Of a stretch of 64,000 nt of DNA, positions 9,528 to 21,044 are shown piece after piece. How positions within the stretch are numbered: the first letter of the stretch is position 1; each line of letters starts with the position of its first letter. The notes under the pieces are model-generated. The model was not told where the DNA came from. It saw only the letters and a program-made list of their open reading frames with translations, and did no database searches. The position numbers were made by a program, and so were the translations under genes. Source of the stretch: Archangium sp. GTDB taxonomy: Bacteria > Myxococcota > Myxococcia > Myxococcales > Myxococcaceae. The DNA lies in the NCBI GenBank assembly GCA_031367385.1, contig JANLPS010000055.1:1-64000 (forward strand), given 5' to 3'.

Positions 9528-12500
9528 ATGGCCGAGAAGGACACGACACCACACGAGGCGCGAACACCCGGGCCTGAGCTGAGGCTCATCGACCGTCGCG
9601 CGTTCGTGGGCTTCCCCGAGCTGAAGATCGGCCCGGGCCTGGTGGTACACGACTTCGCCCTCCAGATCCCCGACGTGACCTTCCCGATGAACATCTCGGG
9701 CGGCGCGGCCAAGTACCAGAAGAAGAAGCTCGACTTCGGCTTCCTCGAGCTCTCCGTCGATGCCGAGGTCATTCAGCGCGCGGTGCAGAAGGTCTCGGGC
9801 AAGCTGGCCGACCTCGATGAGCTCAAGCTGCACTTTCGCCCGGGGTACCTCGAGGTGCAGGCCCGCCTGCGAGGGGCTGAACGCGCCCCGGTCACCTTCA
9901 AGGTGGCCTTCGACGGCGATGGCGAGAAGCTCGCGGTCTACTTCTACGACGTTCGCTTTTACGCCTTCTCGACCACCCCGGCCGCGCGCCTCGGAGCGCT
10001 CATCACCGAAGCCCTCGCCGAGCTCGACCTGTTGCCCGACGTCGAGCGCCGCGGTGCCAGCGGCTTCACCACCCGAATTCTGCCCTTTCTCGTCGAGCAA
10101 GCCGCAGTCGCCCGCGGGTACAAGATGCCCTCGCTCGACCAGGCCCGGTTGGCCGAAGCGTCGATGTCGTCGAAGGGCCTGCGCCTGCGCTTCTCCGCTG
10201 GAGGCCTCCCGCCCCCCGCCGCGCCCGATGACGAGCTGATGTTGGCGCTCGAGGGAGCCCGCGCCTTCGCCGACGCCGAAGAGCTGCTGAGCCAGGGCAA
10301 ATTGCATGAGGCCCGCGAAGCCTACCTGCGGCTCGGAGACGCCACCGAAGCCCACCCCTTCGCCGTCGAACGGCTGCTCACCCTGCTGGTCGCTGACTCC
10401 CAGGCGCACGAATTGGCCCTCGACATCGCCGCCTCGTTGTCGCGCCGCCGTGAACGCAGCGCCACCGCCATCTGGGCCGAAGCCGTCGTGCGTGAACGCC
10501 GCGGCGAATTTGCCCGCGCCTCCGAGCGCTTTCTCGCCCTCTGCAACCTCGCGCGAAAGAACCAAGAAGACGCCGGAGCCTTCTTCGCCGCCGAAGCCGC
10601 CGCCCGCGCCTCGAGAGATCACGCCCCGCAGCTCGCGGTCAAAGCGCTGCACGAATTGCTCGGGCTCAAGCCCGACCACCTGCCCTCGCTCAAGGCCCTC
10701 GCCCGCGCGTCAGACCAGGCCAAAGACCGCGCCGGAGCCATTCGCGCCTACCGCCGCCTCGCCGCCCTCGCCCGCGACCCGGCCGAAGCCGCCGACGCCC
10801 ACGTGCAGCTGGCCAGGCTCTTCGTTCTCACCGACGACGACATCGCCGGAGCCCGCCTGCACTGCGAAGCGGCGTTGCGCCTCGCGCCCGACCACCCCGA
10901 AGCGCTGTACCAATTGGGCGACCTCTGCTTCCGCTCGGGCGAGTTCTTGCGCGCGGTCAAAGCGCTCGATCGCCTGCGGGAAGTCGCGATGGGCCGCCAC
11001 GAAGTCGACCGCATCGGCCGCGCCAACCTGCTCGCAGGTCAAGTCTGGGAGACCGGCCTCAAGCAGCCCGAAAACGCGCTGCTGCGGTACCGCGAAGCCG
11101 CCTCGCTGCTCCCTGGCGAGCCCGAGCCGCTGGTCGCCGCCGCCCGCGTCGCCGAGTCGCTGGGCAAGGTGCAAGAGGCCGTCGCTGGCTATCAACAAGC
11201 CGTGGAGCTCGCCGGGCCCGCGCCCGCGAATGACGACACCCGCAAGGCCGCGCACCAGGCGCACCACGCCCTCGCCCGCTTGCTCAAAGCGAAGCTGGGA
11301 GAGCCCGCCCGCGCCCGTGAGCACCTCGAATCGGCGCTGCAGCTCGACCCGACCGACAAGCTCGCGCTCGACGAGCTGCTCCCGTACTTCCGCGCGTCGG
11401 GCAAGGCCGCCGAGCTCGCCGACGCGTGCGAAAAATCGGCCGCCGTCATCGACGACCCGATTCGCCGCGCAGCGCTCTGGGCCGAAGCCGGAGAGCTCTA
11501 CCGCGGCCGCCTCTCGCAGCCTGAAAAGGCCGAGCGGCTGCTGGGCCAGGCCCTCGAAGCCGACCCGAAGAACCGCCTCGCGCTCGAAGGCATGTTGGCG
11601 CTCGCCGAATCTCGCCGCGACGGAGCGATGCTCAGCCGCTGCCTCCGCGCCCTCGCCGAGCTGGCAGAAGACCCAAAAGACCGGGTGCGCCACTACCGCC
11701 GCCTCGCCGTCGCCGCCCGCGACCTCGCCTTCGATTTGGATCTCGCGGTGCACGCGTACCGTGAAGTCTTGCGCATCGAGCCCGATGACCTCCCGGTCTT
11801 GGGTGAGCTGACCGCCATCGAGCGCCGCCGCGCCGACATGGGTGGCCTCGCCTGGGCGTTGGAGCAGCGGGCGCGTGCCTCCGAAGTGCACGGCGACAAG
11901 CGGCTGGCTGCAGCGGCCCTTCGCGAATTGGGTCAAGTGCTCGACACCCGCCTGGGTCGCGCCGGCGAGGCCTTGGTCGCGCTCGAGAAGTCGTCGCGCC
12001 TCTTCCCCGACGCGAACACGCTGATGGACCTGGCGATGCTGTCACTGCGCCTCGAGCGCGCTGGCAATGCCCGCCGTGCGCTTGAAGACGTGCTCGCGTT
12101 GCTGCCCAAGCATGCGCCGCCCGAGAAGCTCGCCGAAGTGCGCGCCCGCCTGGGCCGGGCCTGCGAATTGCTCGGAGACCGCGACGCCGCTCGCGAAAAC
12201 TACGCCCTCGCCTTCCCGCTCCGCCGGTTGGACGACGAGCTCGCCGGCCGCCTCGAAGCCCTTTACATCGACGGGCACTTCACCCGAGAACTCACCGACC
12301 TGTGGGCTGCTCGCGCACAGGCGTTGCTGCAGGCGGGCCGAGCCCACGATGCCGCTCCGTTGTTCTTCAAGAGCGCGCAGACCCTGCTCGAATCGGGCGA
12401 CTCGTCGGGCGCGATGCTGCGGTTGTCGGCGGCCCTCGACGCGGCCCCCAATGGCGAACGGGCTGGCGATGCGCTCGAGGCGATGGCGCAATTGGAGCTC

Positions 12501-15500
12501 GAGCGTGGCGCTCCCAATGAAGCAGCGCGGTTGTTCGCACGACGGGCCGCGCTCGCCACCGAAGGCCGCGTCGCCGCGAAGTTCTTCTTCAAGGCCGCCG
12601 CCCTCACCCGCGACACCCAACGCGAGCAGCCCTTTCTCAACCAGTCACTCGAGCAAGACGGCACCTTCGTGCCAGCCCGCTTGCGCCGCGCCGAGCTGCT
12701 CGAGAGCATCAACCCCCGCGAGGCGCTCTCAGACCTCGAAGTCGTTCTCGCCGCTGACCCGAAAGACGAAGAGCTGGTGGGCGTCGACCTCACCGCCCTG
12801 ACCCGCCGCGCTGCCGTCGCCGCCGTGAAGTCGGGCCAGTTCGAGTCAGCCCGGCGAATGTTCTCGAAGTTCACCGCGCTGCGGCCTGAAGACGTCGAGG
12901 CCCAGCTCGAGCTCGCCAAGCTGCACCGCCGCGCCGGGGCCTTGGAGCCGCTCATCGACCTCCTCGGCGAAATCTGGCCCCGCTTGTCGGGCGAGACCCG
13001 CGCCAGTGCCCGCCGTGAATTCGCCGAGGGCGCGCTCACCTTGGGTCGCACCGAAGCCGCGATGGACGCGCTGCGCAGCCTGCTCGAAGAAGCACCCACC
13101 GATGGGTGGGCCGCGGGCCGGTTGCTCGCGCTGCTCCCGGCCGACCCCGCGTTTGGCGGCGAGCGCCTCGAGCTGCTCTCACGGCTCGTCGCCACTTCGA
13201 GCGGCGATGAGAAGGCCGAATTGCTCAGCCGTCGCGCTGAGTTGCAGCGCACCCGAGGCGATTTGCAGGCCGCCCGAGCCGATTTACTCGACGCCGCGCA
13301 CGCGTCGACCCGGCCGTTGCCGCTCCTCCGGGCCCTCGCCGAGCTCGCTCGCCAGTCTCAAGACGACGCCGCCGAGCTGTCGACCTGGCGTCAGGTGCTG
13401 GGCCGCGCGGGCAAAGATTCGTCGCTTCAGCAAGATGCCGCCGAGCGCTTGTTCACCATCGCCCGCTCACGCACCGAGGCGCTCGATTTGCCGAAGGCCC
13501 TCGAGGCCTTCGAGCTGCTCACCACGCTGAGCCTGGGCCCGACCGAGCGCTTCGACGCGTGGTTCGGCGTGGCCAAGACCGCCAAGGCCCTCAACGCGCC
13601 CGCGAAGGCCGAGAACGCGTTGCTCGAGGCCTCGAAACAGGGCCCCGCGGCCAAGCGCGTCGAAGCCTTGCTCGAGCGCGCCGCCCTGCTCGAAGCCCGC
13701 GACGAGCTCGACGGAGCCATCGAGTCGTTCGAAGCCGCGACCGAGCTCTCCCCACGCCACCCGGCCGCCATCGAGGGCCTCAAACGCACCCTCCGCGCCC
13801 AACAAGACTGGGAGGGCCTCGCCGAAGTGCTCGCCGCCGAGGCCGCGCAGACTCCGAAGTCGCAAGCCGCCGCGCTCTACACCGAGCTGGCCAGCCTCTA
13901 CCTCGACAAGCTCGAACAACCGGGCCCGGGCGAGGCCGCGCTGCGACGGGTCATCGCGCTCGACAGCACCGACGCCACGTCACGCCGCCGCCTCGCCGCG
14001 CTGCTCGTCAACCGACAAGACTTCAACGAAGCTGTCGCGCTGCTCGAAGAGGCCGCCGGCCAGCTGGCACCCGACGAAGCCGCCCGGGTGCTTCGCGAAG
14101 GCACCGAGGTCGCCGCCCGTGCGCAAGACGCTGGCCTCGAGCTCAAGCTGATGCGCCGCGCTCACGAGCTGGTGCCCGCGACCGGGGCCGAGCTGCAACG
14201 CCTGGCCAGCGCGCTCTACCTGCGCGGAGCGATGAAAGAGGCGCTCCCCCTGCAGCAGGCGCTGGCGGCGAAGGTCTCGTTCGACGAGCTCCCTGAAGAG
14301 GCCGAGCACACCTTGCTGCGCCTGGCTGACCTCGCCGAGCACGTCGGAGACCTGGCCCTCGCCGAGTCGACCCTCAAGCACATCGTCACCGAGCGGCCGT
14401 TGCAGACGCAGGCCGTCGAACGCTTGGCCCAGATGCTCGCAGGGCGAGACCTGCGGGCCTCCATCGAGCTGCTCGCGCGTCACACCACGTCGCTCAGCGC
14501 GTCGCCTCGAACCGCCGAGCGGTTGCTGCAGCTGGCGCGTCGGGCCAACACCGAGCTCAAAGACCCCGAGCTGGCCGCGAGGCTCTTCGAGCAGGCCGCG
14601 AGCGCCGCCGAGGCACCGCTCCCGGTTCGCCTCGAGCTCATCGAGCTGCTGCGAGAGACCGGTCGCACCGGCGAGCTGATGGCGCAGCTGCTCCAGGCCG
14701 CGCAGGCGCACTTGACCCAGGGCGACGTCGACGCCGCGTTGGCCGCCTATGCCGAAGAGGCCGGGCTCGCCGAGGGCGCCGGCCGAATCGACGACGCGCT
14801 GCGCACGCTCACCGCGATGGCCGAGGTCGGTGAAGAAGAGGGACTCGCCGGAGTCGCCATTCGCGCCCTGATTCACCGCGCCGAGCTCTTGCGTGACAGC
14901 AAGTTGGACCTCGAGGGCGCCGAAGCCAGCCTCTCGCAAGCGTGGAATCTCGAACAATCGTCACAGGTTGCGGCGATGGCGATGGCGCTGGCACAGCGCC
15001 GGGGTGACCGCGAAGCCGAGATTGATTGGCTCGAGAAGAGCTTCAAGGGTCTCACCGCATCGAGCGATCGCGCGGCGGGGTTGGTGACGTTGGCGCGCTT
15101 GCACCTGGGTCTGAACGCCGGTCAATCGGTGGCCGACGCCGCGTTCTTGTCGCCCGACCAGGCCGAGGCCGCGTTGAACCAGGCGCTGACGCTGCAGCCG
15201 CGCTTCGAGCCCGCTGAATCGCTCTTGCTCGCCGTGCTCGAGCGCCAGAACCGCGTCGCTGACATCGCGGCCTACTACGAAGATGCCAGCGCTCGCGCCA
15301 AAGACCCCAACGCCCGCGCGCAGCTGCTCCTTCAGGCCGCCGAGCTCTACAAGAACCGCGCGAATCGCCCGGCCGAAGCCGCCGCTGCATTGCTGGCGGC
15401 GCGCTCGGCGCTCCCCGACGACCTCGCCCTCACCGCTCGCGTCGCCGATCTGCTCCACGAGCTGGGTCGCCACCACGAAGCGGCTGACTTCGATGGCCTG

Positions 15501-18500
15501 CTGCTCGAGGCTGACCCGTTTCACCCGTCGTTCGAGCGCCACCGCGCCGCGCTGCTCGAGGCCAAAGACGATCAAGGCCTCGCCGGGTTGCTCTCACGCC
15601 GCGCTGAGAAACAAAACGGAGCCACCGCCGCCGAATCATGGCTCGCCGCCGCTGCCGCTTTTCGCCGCGCGGGGGCCGTCGAGCGTGCCCAGCTGTGTGA
15701 GGCGCAGGCGTTCGAGGCCGCTCCTTCGAACCTCGAGGCCTTCACCACCTTGCTCGAGCGCACCGCCTCTGAGCCTCGGCGTCAGGCCGAAATTCTCGTC
15801 GCTCGCGCCCGCGCCGTACCCGATGAAGCCAGCAGCTTGCTGCGCCGCCGCGCCGAGGGCCTGACCCGCGCCCAAGAGGCCCTGCTCGCCGCCACCGCGT
15901 GGGACGATTTTCTCGCCGTCGCCCCCGATGACCTGGCCGCCCTCGAGGCCCGCGCCGAGCTCGCCGCCCAGGGCGGAGGCCCCCGCGCCGCCCAGCCCTA
16001 CGACCGCCGCCTGGTGAACGTCGGTGGTGACGCGTTGAGCGCCGCGCTCAAGCTCAAGACCTGGTTCAGGCTCGGTCAAGCCGCCCTCGAGGCCCAGGCG
16101 TGGAAAGACGCCGTCGACGCGCTCGAGACCGTCGTCACCCTCGACGAGAATTCATCTGCCGGGCAGCAGGCCCTCTCGCTGCTCAGCGAACCCTACGCAC
16201 GGCTGCGTGACGCCCAGGGCCAGTACCGCACCACCATTCGCCTGGCCCGCATGGCCGAAGGCGCCGAAGCCGAGGCCCTCAACCGCCAGGCCCTCGCGCT
16301 GTTCGACGAGCCCGAGCGCGCCATCGAGGCCCTCGATGTGTTGGTCGCCGCCCACCCCGGCGACGTCGAGCTCTACGAAAAGGGCGTTCGCGCTTACCGA
16401 AGCCTCGGCCGCTTGGGCGATTTGATGAAGCTCCACGAGCGCCACGCCGAGTCGAGCGGAGGCTCCCGCGCCGCCCGCGCCCTGCTCGCCGCTGCCGCGC
16501 TCGTCGAGACCGAATTGGGAGAGCCCCAGCGCGCCCTCGAGCTGCGCCAGGCCGCCATCGAGGCCGACCCCGATGACCTCGAGGCCATTCACGCGGTGTT
16601 GGCCGAGCTGCGCCGCCGCAATGACGGCCCCGGAGTCGCCCTGCAGCTGCGCCGCGTCGTCGCCCTCACCCGTGACGAGGCCGAGGCCACCGGCTTGCGG
16701 CTCGAGCTGGCCGCGTTGCTCGAGAAGCAAGGCGACCTCGCCGGAGCCCGCGAGACCTTCGAGATTCTCCGCCGCGCCGGCGCCGCGTCGTTCGGGTACT
16801 CGCAGTCGCTCACCGGCCTCGAGCGAATCGCCCACAACCAAGGTGACGCCGCGACCGTGGCCGAGGTGCAGCTGGCCGCCGCCGAGCTGCTCGCACCGGT
16901 TGAACGCTCGGCCCGGTTGCTCGAAGCCGCTCGCTCCTTTCAACGCGCCGGCCAGCTCGATCGAGCCGAAGCGGTGGTGCTCGACGCGTTGGCCGCCAGC
17001 TCGTCGCGTGAGGGCCTGGTCTTGCTGGTCGAGCTCACCCGCGGCCTTCAGGCGCCCGTTCGCACCGCTCGCGCCCTCGTGCAGCTGGGCGACGCGTCAA
17101 AGGGCGCCTCGCGCACCAAGCTGTTGCTCGAGACCATCGACGCCTGGTCAGAGGCCGGAGAACGCGCCGCCGCGCTTGAGGCCCTCGAGCGCGTGCTGCG
17201 CGATGTACCCAACGCACTCACCCCTCAACGCGCCGGTGAGTGGTTCACCAAGCTTGGGGCCACCGACAAGGCGCTCGCAGTGGCGTTCGCTCCCGCGATG
17301 TCGAGCGGCGCGTACGAGCAAGCCCTCGCGCTGGCCGAGGCGGCAGAAGACGAGGCGCTGGTCACCCAGGCCCTGCGCGCACTCGCCGAGCTGGCGCCCG
17401 ATGGCCAGCAAGCCCGGCGCTTGGCTGACCGGCTGCGCGCGGCCAAAGACCTCGCCGGCTTGCAAGCCCTGGCTGAGAAATCGACCGGCACCCTCGAGCT
17501 CGAGCTGTGGCACGAGCTGCTCTTCACCCATCACGTCGGCGACGCGCTCGAGTACATGCTCGCGCTCGACACCTTGGGCTCGCTGGTCGAAGAAGCGCTC
17601 GAGGCCCGTGACGCGTTCGTGCTCTCGCTCATCGTGCCGCGCGCGGGCGAATTGCCGGTCGACCAACGCGAGGCCTTCTTCGTGGCGGTGGCCGACCAGT
17701 CACCGGCTCGGCGCCCGACCATGCTTCGCGAGCTGGCCACCCTGCGCCAGCACCTGGGCCGCCACACCGGCGCAGTCGATGCCCTCACCTCGTTGATTTC
17801 AATCGAAGAGAACGTTCGCCTGCGCGCGTCGCTGCAGGTCGAGCGCGGCGTGCTGCTGCTGCGTGACTTGAACGAGCCCAAGCTCGCGCGGGTCGCCTTC
17901 GAGCTCGCCCTGGCCGATGACTCGACCCAGGTGATGGCGGTGCGCGAGCTGATCGAGCTCTACCGCGACACGAACCCAGATCGCTTCGCCTCGATGGTCG
18001 AGCGACTGATGACGCTGTCTGGGCCTGAAGCGGGCGCGCCCTACCGGGTGGCGTTGGCCGATGCCTACGAGGGCCTGGGCCGGCTGCGCGAGGCGTTTCG
18101 GCTCATCGGTGAGCTCGAAGAGACCCCCGAGCGCGTGCAGCGTCGGGCCGCCCTCGCCGAGAAGCTGGGCCTCTCAGGTGAGGCGCTGGTGCTGCGCGAG
18201 AAGATCGCGACCTCGAACGAAGAGCTCGAGTCGATTTTGCGCGGCTACCTCGACGCGCAGCTCGTACCGTTCGCGGTCAAGCTGGGCGAGCGGCTCATCG
18301 ACTCGCTCGCGCCGCAGTCGCTGCGCTTCGTCGCCGAGCGGTTGTCGGGCACCACCCAGGGCGCGCAGCTGGCGGTTCGCATCTGGCCCAAGCTGATGCC
18401 CGCAGCCCTCACCGAAGCCGACTCGTGGACCATGTACGCCGAGGCCCTGCGCGGCAGTGGCCGCCCCGACGCCGCCACGCTCGCCGACGGCTTCGGAGCC

Positions 18501-19046
18501 GCCCTCACCGCCACCACTGGCCCCACCCCGGCCGTCGCCACCAAGCCCCTCGAGGTGCCCGGTGCCTACAAGTTCGACGTGCTCCCGCCCGGCCTGGTCG
18601 CGGTCAATGATGAGACCATGCCCAGGTTGGCCTCGGCGCTCTCTTCGACCCTCGACGGGTTGGGGCTCACCGGCATCACCGTCTCGCTCGATGTCAGCGG
18701 CGGTGTCGAAGCGTGGCTCGGCGGCGAGACCCGCCTCGTCATCGGCGCCGGCGCCCTCGCGGCCTTCGGTCAAGCCGAGCTCACCTACCTCGTCGCCCTC
18801 GCGTTTTCGCTCGGAGAGCACGGCCGCGCCTTGAGCCAGCCCGCCGACGTGCCGGGCCTGGTGCAGGCCGCGAAGAATGCATTCGCCGCGGTGCCGAACT
18901 CGTTGGCGGCCGCGCGGGTGCTGGCGCAGCTCGATGGCTCCGCTCGCGGCGGTGACCCGGCGAAGGTCGATGTCGCCGCGGTGCTCCGCGAGAGCCCGGC
19001 GTTCAAGGCGATCGCTGGTGACGCGCTGTCGATTTTGGCGCAGTAG
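9528..19046 (+). CDS. Giant (3172 aa) TPR/alpha-solenoid protein with a distinct N-terminal domain
   Basis: Uninterrupted 9.5-kb ORF, Ala/Leu/Glu/Arg-rich, with repeated 'ALxLxPD/DP' TPR turns. The first ~230 aa are beta-rich. Confidence 0.9.
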   Translation: MAEKDTTPHEARTPGPELRLIDRRAFVGFPELKIGPGLVVHDFALQIPDVTFPMNISGGAAKYQKKKLDFGFLELSVDAEVIQRAVQKVSGKLADLDELKLHFRPGYLEVQARLRGAERAPVTFKVAFDGDGEKLAVYFYDVRFYAFSTTPAARLGALITEALAELDLLPDVERRGASGFTTRILPFLVEQAAVARGYKMPSLDQARLAEASMSSKGLRLRFSAGGLPPPAAPDDELMLALEGARAFADAEELLSQGKLHEAREAYLRLGDATEAHPFAVERLLTLLVADSQAHELALDIAASLSRRRERSATAIWAEAVVRERRGEFARASERFLALCNLARKNQEDAGAFFAAEAAARASRDHAPQLAVKALHELLGLKPDHLPSLKALARASDQAKDRAGAIRAYRRLAALARDPAEAADAHVQLARLFVLTDDDIAGARLHCEAALRLAPDHPEALYQLGDLCFRSGEFLRAVKALDRLREVAMGRHEVDRIGRANLLAGQVWETGLKQPENALLRYREAASLLPGEPEPLVAAARVAESLGKVQEAVAGYQQAVELAGPAPANDDTRKAAHQAHHALARLLKAKLGEPARAREHLESALQLDPTDKLALDELLPYFRASGKAAELADACEKSAAVIDDPIRRAALWAEAGELYRGRLSQPEKAERLLGQALEADPKNRLALEGMLALAESRRDGAMLSRCLRALAELAEDPKDRVRHYRRLAVAARDLAFDLDLAVHAYREVLRIEPDDLPVLGELTAIERRRADMGGLAWALEQRARASEVHGDKRLAAAALRELGQVLDTRLGRAGEALVALEKSSRLFPDANTLMDLAMLSLRLERAGNARRALEDVLALLPKHAPPEKLAEVRARLGRACELLGDRDAARENYALAFPLRRLDDELAGRLEALYIDGHFTRELTDLWAARAQALLQAGRAHDAAPLFFKSAQTLLESGDSSGAMLRLSAALDAAPNGERAGDALEAMAQLELERGAPNEAARLFARRAALATEGRVAAKFFFKAAALTRDTQREQPFLNQSLEQDGTFVPARLRRAELLESINPREALSDLEVVLAADPKDEELVGVDLTALTRRAAVAAVKSGQFESARRMFSKFTALRPEDVEAQLELAKLHRRAGALEPLIDLLGEIWPRLSGETRASARREFAEGALTLGRTEAAMDALRSLLEEAPTDGWAAGRLLALLPADPAFGGERLELLSRLVATSSGDEKAELLSRRAELQRTRGDLQAARADLLDAAHASTRPLPLLRALAELARQSQDDAAELSTWRQVLGRAGKDSSLQQDAAERLFTIARSRTEALDLPKALEAFELLTTLSLGPTERFDAWFGVAKTAKALNAPAKAENALLEASKQGPAAKRVEALLERAALLEARDELDGAIESFEAATELSPRHPAAIEGLKRTLRAQQDWEGLAEVLAAEAAQTPKSQAAALYTELASLYLDKLEQPGPGEAALRRVIALDSTDATSRRRLAALLVNRQDFNEAVALLEEAAGQLAPDEAARVLREGTEVAARAQDAGLELKLMRRAHELVPATGAELQRLASALYLRGAMKEALPLQQALAAKVSFDELPEEAEHTLLRLADLAEHVGDLALAESTLKHIVTERPLQTQAVERLAQMLAGRDLRASIELLARHTTSLSASPRTAERLLQLARRANTELKDPELAARLFEQAASAAEAPLPVRLELIELLRETGRTGELMAQLLQAAQAHLTQGDVDAALAAYAEEAGLAEGAGRIDDALRTLTAMAEVGEEEGLAGVAIRALIHRAELLRDSKLDLEGAEASLSQAWNLEQSSQVAAMAMALAQRRGDREAEIDWLEKSFKGLTASSDRAAGLVTLARLHLGLNAGQSVADAAFLSPDQAEAALNQALTLQPRFEPAESLLLAVLERQNRVADIAAYYEDASARAKDPNARAQLLLQAAELYKNRANRPAEAAAALLAARSALPDDLALTARVADLLHELGRHHEAADFDGLLLEADPFHPSFERHRAALLEAKDDQGLAGLLSRRAEKQNGATAAESWLAAAAAFRRAGAVERAQLCEAQAFEAAPSNLEAFTTLLERTASEPRRQAEILVARARAVPDEASSLLRRRAEGLTRAQEALLAATAWDDFLAVAPDDLAALEARAELAAQGGGPRAAQPYDRRLVNVGGDALSAALKLKTWFRLGQAALEAQAWKDAVDALETVVTLDENSSAGQQALSLLSEPYARLRDAQGQYRTTIRLARMAEGAEAEALNRQALALFDEPERAIEALDVLVAAHPGDVELYEKGVRAYRSLGRLGDLMKLHERHAESSGGSRAARALLAAAALVETELGEPQRALELRQAAIEADPDDLEAIHAVLAELRRRNDGPGVALQLRRVVALTRDEAEATGLRLELAALLEKQGDLAGARETFEILRRAGAASFGYSQSLTGLERIAHNQGDAATVAEVQLAAAELLAPVERSARLLEAARSFQRAGQLDRAEAVVLDALAASSSREGLVLLVELTRGLQAPVRTARALVQLGDASKGASRTKLLLETIDAWSEAGERAAALEALERVLRDVPNALTPQRAGEWFTKLGATDKALAVAFAPAMSSGAYEQALALAEAAEDEALVTQALRALAELAPDGQQARRLADRLRAAKDLAGLQALAEKSTGTLELELWHELLFTHHVGDALEYMLALDTLGSLVEEALEARDAFVLSLIVPRAGELPVDQREAFFVAVADQSPARRPTMLRELATLRQHLGRHTGAVDALTSLISIEENVRLRASLQVERGVLLLRDLNEPKLARVAFELALADDSTQVMAVRELIELYRDTNPDRFASMVERLMTLSGPEAGAPYRVALADAYEGLGRLREAFRLIGELEETPERVQRRAALAEKLGLSGEALVLREKIATSNEELESILRGYLDAQLVPFAVKLGERLIDSLAPQSLRFVAERLSGTTQGAQLAVRIWPKLMPAALTEADSWTMYAEALRGSGRPDAATLADGFGAALTATTGPTPAVATKPLEVPGAYKFDVLPPGLVAVNDETMPRLASALSSTLDGLGLTGITVSLDVSGGVEAWLGGETRLVIGAGALAAFGQAELTYLVALAFSLGEHGRALSQPADVPGLVQAAKNAFAAVPNSLAAARVLAQLDGSARGGDPAKVDVAAVLRESPAFKAIAGDALSILAQ

Positions 19047-19049
19047 GCT

Positions 19050-19643
19050 GTGGCCATCGTGTCTGTCTCTCGCGTCACTCCACTGGTCGGGTTGTTGGCC
19101 GCGTGCACTGGCCTCACCACGCCCCCAGGGCCTGAGCACCTGGGCACGTACCAGATGCGCGCAGTGCCGGTGTTTCGGGCGTGTGGGTTGAGCGATGTGG
19201 CCGCCAACGAGTTTTCGTTTCAAGCGACCTTCAGCCGCGACCCGGGCAGCGGGCAAGCCTGGGTGACTCTGCAGCAGTACTCACGCGAAGCCGTGTGGAA
19301 CGGTCAGGCCCTTGGCTCGGTCGCCTCGGCGCCGCGCTCGTTCTCAGGTGTGTGCAGCGGCTGCCCGATGGCGCTTCGCGAGACGCTGCGGGTCGACTTG
19401 CTCAGCCTCTCGCAGAACGTCGCCGCGGGAGACCGCTGCCCCGATGGCCCGGTGCCGGCGGTCGATGACGACGCGGGCATTCATGCGCCCGCCCCCGATG
19501 CGTTCGGGTATGACGCCGTGCGCGCCTGTGGGGCCTTGCTCACCGAGACGGTCATCACCGGCGCTTTGCCCGACGGTGGCGCCTGCGATGCCACCTGCGG
19601 CGATTGCACCGTGCAGTACCGGCTGACCGGAGAACGACGATGA
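19050..19643 (+). CDS. Cys-containing lipoprotein
   Basis: Lipobox LLAAC and several Cys pairs. Tightly coupled to both neighbouring genes. Confidence 0.75.
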   Translation: MAIVSVSRVTPLVGLLAACTGLTTPPGPEHLGTYQMRAVPVFRACGLSDVAANEFSFQATFSRDPGSGQAWVTLQQYSREAVWNGQALGSVASAPRSFSGVCSGCPMALRETLRVDLLSLSQNVAAGDRCPDGPVPAVDDDAGIHAPAPDAFGYDAVRACGALLTETVITGALPDGGACDATCGDCTVQYRLTGERR

Positions 19644-20338
19644 CTCAGAAGAAGGCCGTGGTGTTGCTCTCGGGTGGCCTCGACTCGACCACCTGTCTGG
19701 CGCTGGCCAAGCGCGATGGCTTCGAGCCGGTGTGCCTGTCGTTCGATTATGGGCAGCGGCACTCCGTCGAGCTGGTGCGAGCCCGCGCGGTCGCCAAGGC
19801 GATGGGCGTGGCAGACCACCGCACGGTGTCACTCGACCTGCGGCAAATCGGAGGCTCCGCGCTGACCTCTGACGCCGCGGTACCCAAGCACGACTCGGTC
19901 GACGACCTGGTCGGCGGCATCCCCGTCACCTATGTGCCGGCGCGAAACTCGGTGTTTCTCTCGTTGGCCCTGGGGCTCGCTGAAGTCGTCAACGCGCGAG
20001 ACCTGTACATCGGCGTGAACGCGGTCGATTACTCGGGGTACCCCGATTGCCGGCCCGAGTTCATCGCGGCTTTCGAGCAGTTGGCCACGCTCGCCACGAA
20101 AGCCGGCGCCGAAGGCGCACGGTTCAAAATTCACGCGCCGCTCTCGGGCATGACCAAGGGTGAAATCATTCGCGCCGGCATCGCCGCTGGGGTCGACTAC
20201 TCGATGACCCACTCCTGCTACGACCCGTCACCCGACGGCGCGGCCTGTGGGCAGTGCGACTCGTGCCTGCTGCGAAAGAAAGGCTTCGACGAAGCGGGCA
20301 TCGCCGACCCGACCCGCTACGCCCCCCTCATCACATAG
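19640..20338 (+). CDS. queC: 7-cyano-7-deazaguanine synthase QueC
   Basis: [29 protein letters not shown] and C...CGQCDSC motifs. Confidence 0.97.
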   Translation: MTQKKAVVLLSGGLDSTTCLALAKRDGFEPVCLSFDYGQRHSVELVRARAVAKAMGVADHRTVSLDLRQIGGSALTSDAAVPKHDSVDDLVGGIPVTYVPARNSVFLSLALGLAEVVNARDLYIGVNAVDYSGYPDCRPEFIAAFEQLATLATKAGAEGARFKIHAPLSGMTKGEIIRAGIAAGVDYSMTHSCYDPSPDGAACGQCDSCLLRKKGFDEAGIADPTRYAPLIT

Positions 20339-21044
20339 CGGGCACTGCGGGCTCGGCACCCGCGGCTGACGCCCTGAACCCCGTCAGCCCGACCGCGACG
20401 AGCGCGAGCGCCAGCAACCCGATACCCGGGCCAATCAGCGGCGCCACCGGCACCCCGTGCAAGAAGCCGGTCGTCGCGAACACGCCAATCACTCCTGCCC
20501 CGCGCATCAGCCACAACGAAGGCCACGACCGAAACTCCGGCCATCGCTTCGACCACGCTGCGGCCAGCGCCCCTACTGCGGTCGCCCACGCGCCGATCGC
20601 GAAGAGCACGTCGAACAGCGCCCGCACCGCGAGATACCCATCGCCTGCCGCGGCCGCCGGCGGCAGCACGAAGGCCACCATCGCGTCGATGATGATGAAC
20701 AGGGCTCCGGCGATCGCCATCGAAAGCCAGCCCGCGACGGCCACGCCCGCTCCGGAGCCGCGCTTGGTCATCGCCATCATCAACGCACCCACGCCGAGCA
20801 TCACGTCACTCGGCATGCCCACCAACCCAGCCAATCGCATCCACTGCCAGGCGCCTGGCGTCGAGGCCCGCGCAGCCTCGACCGTGCTCCACCCACCCGG
20901 CAACGCCGCCTGGGGCCCCGCCAGCGCGTAAAATGCGCAGGTCATCACCAAGCCCACGGCTCCCACGCCGAGCAGGAACGACGCAATGCGGCCGAAGTGG
21001 AGGTCTTCACGGGTCACAGCAGGTGACGCATTGAGAGTTATCAT
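20331..21044 (-). CDS. Multi-pass membrane protein
   Basis: About six hydrophobic segments, divergent from a TetR gene. The start is uncertain. Confidence 0.75.
   Translation of the reverse strand: MITLNASPAVTREDLHFGRIASFLLGVGAVGLVMTCAFYALAGPQAALPGGWSTVEAARASTPGAWQWMRLAGLVGMPSDVMLGVGALMMAMTKRGSGAGVAVAGWLSMAIAGALFIIIDAMVAFVLPPAAAAGDGYLAVRALFDVLFAIGAWATAVGALAAAWSKRWPEFRSWPSLWLMRGAGVIGVFATTGFLHGVPVAPLIGPGIGLLALALVAVGLTGFRASAAGAEPAVPAM

Noticed and set aside
9318..19256. Many long alternative-frame and antisense ORFs overlapping the giant TPR gene (and similar ones across the window)
   Set aside because: They are shadow ORFs expected in high-GC DNA, Arg/Pro/Ser-rich and without recognisable motifs.
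19640..20338. queC as part of a Dpd or QatABCD-type defence system
   Set aside because: The sequence is a canonical-length QueC, and no dpdA/tgtA, TatD or qat ATPase gene is nearby.
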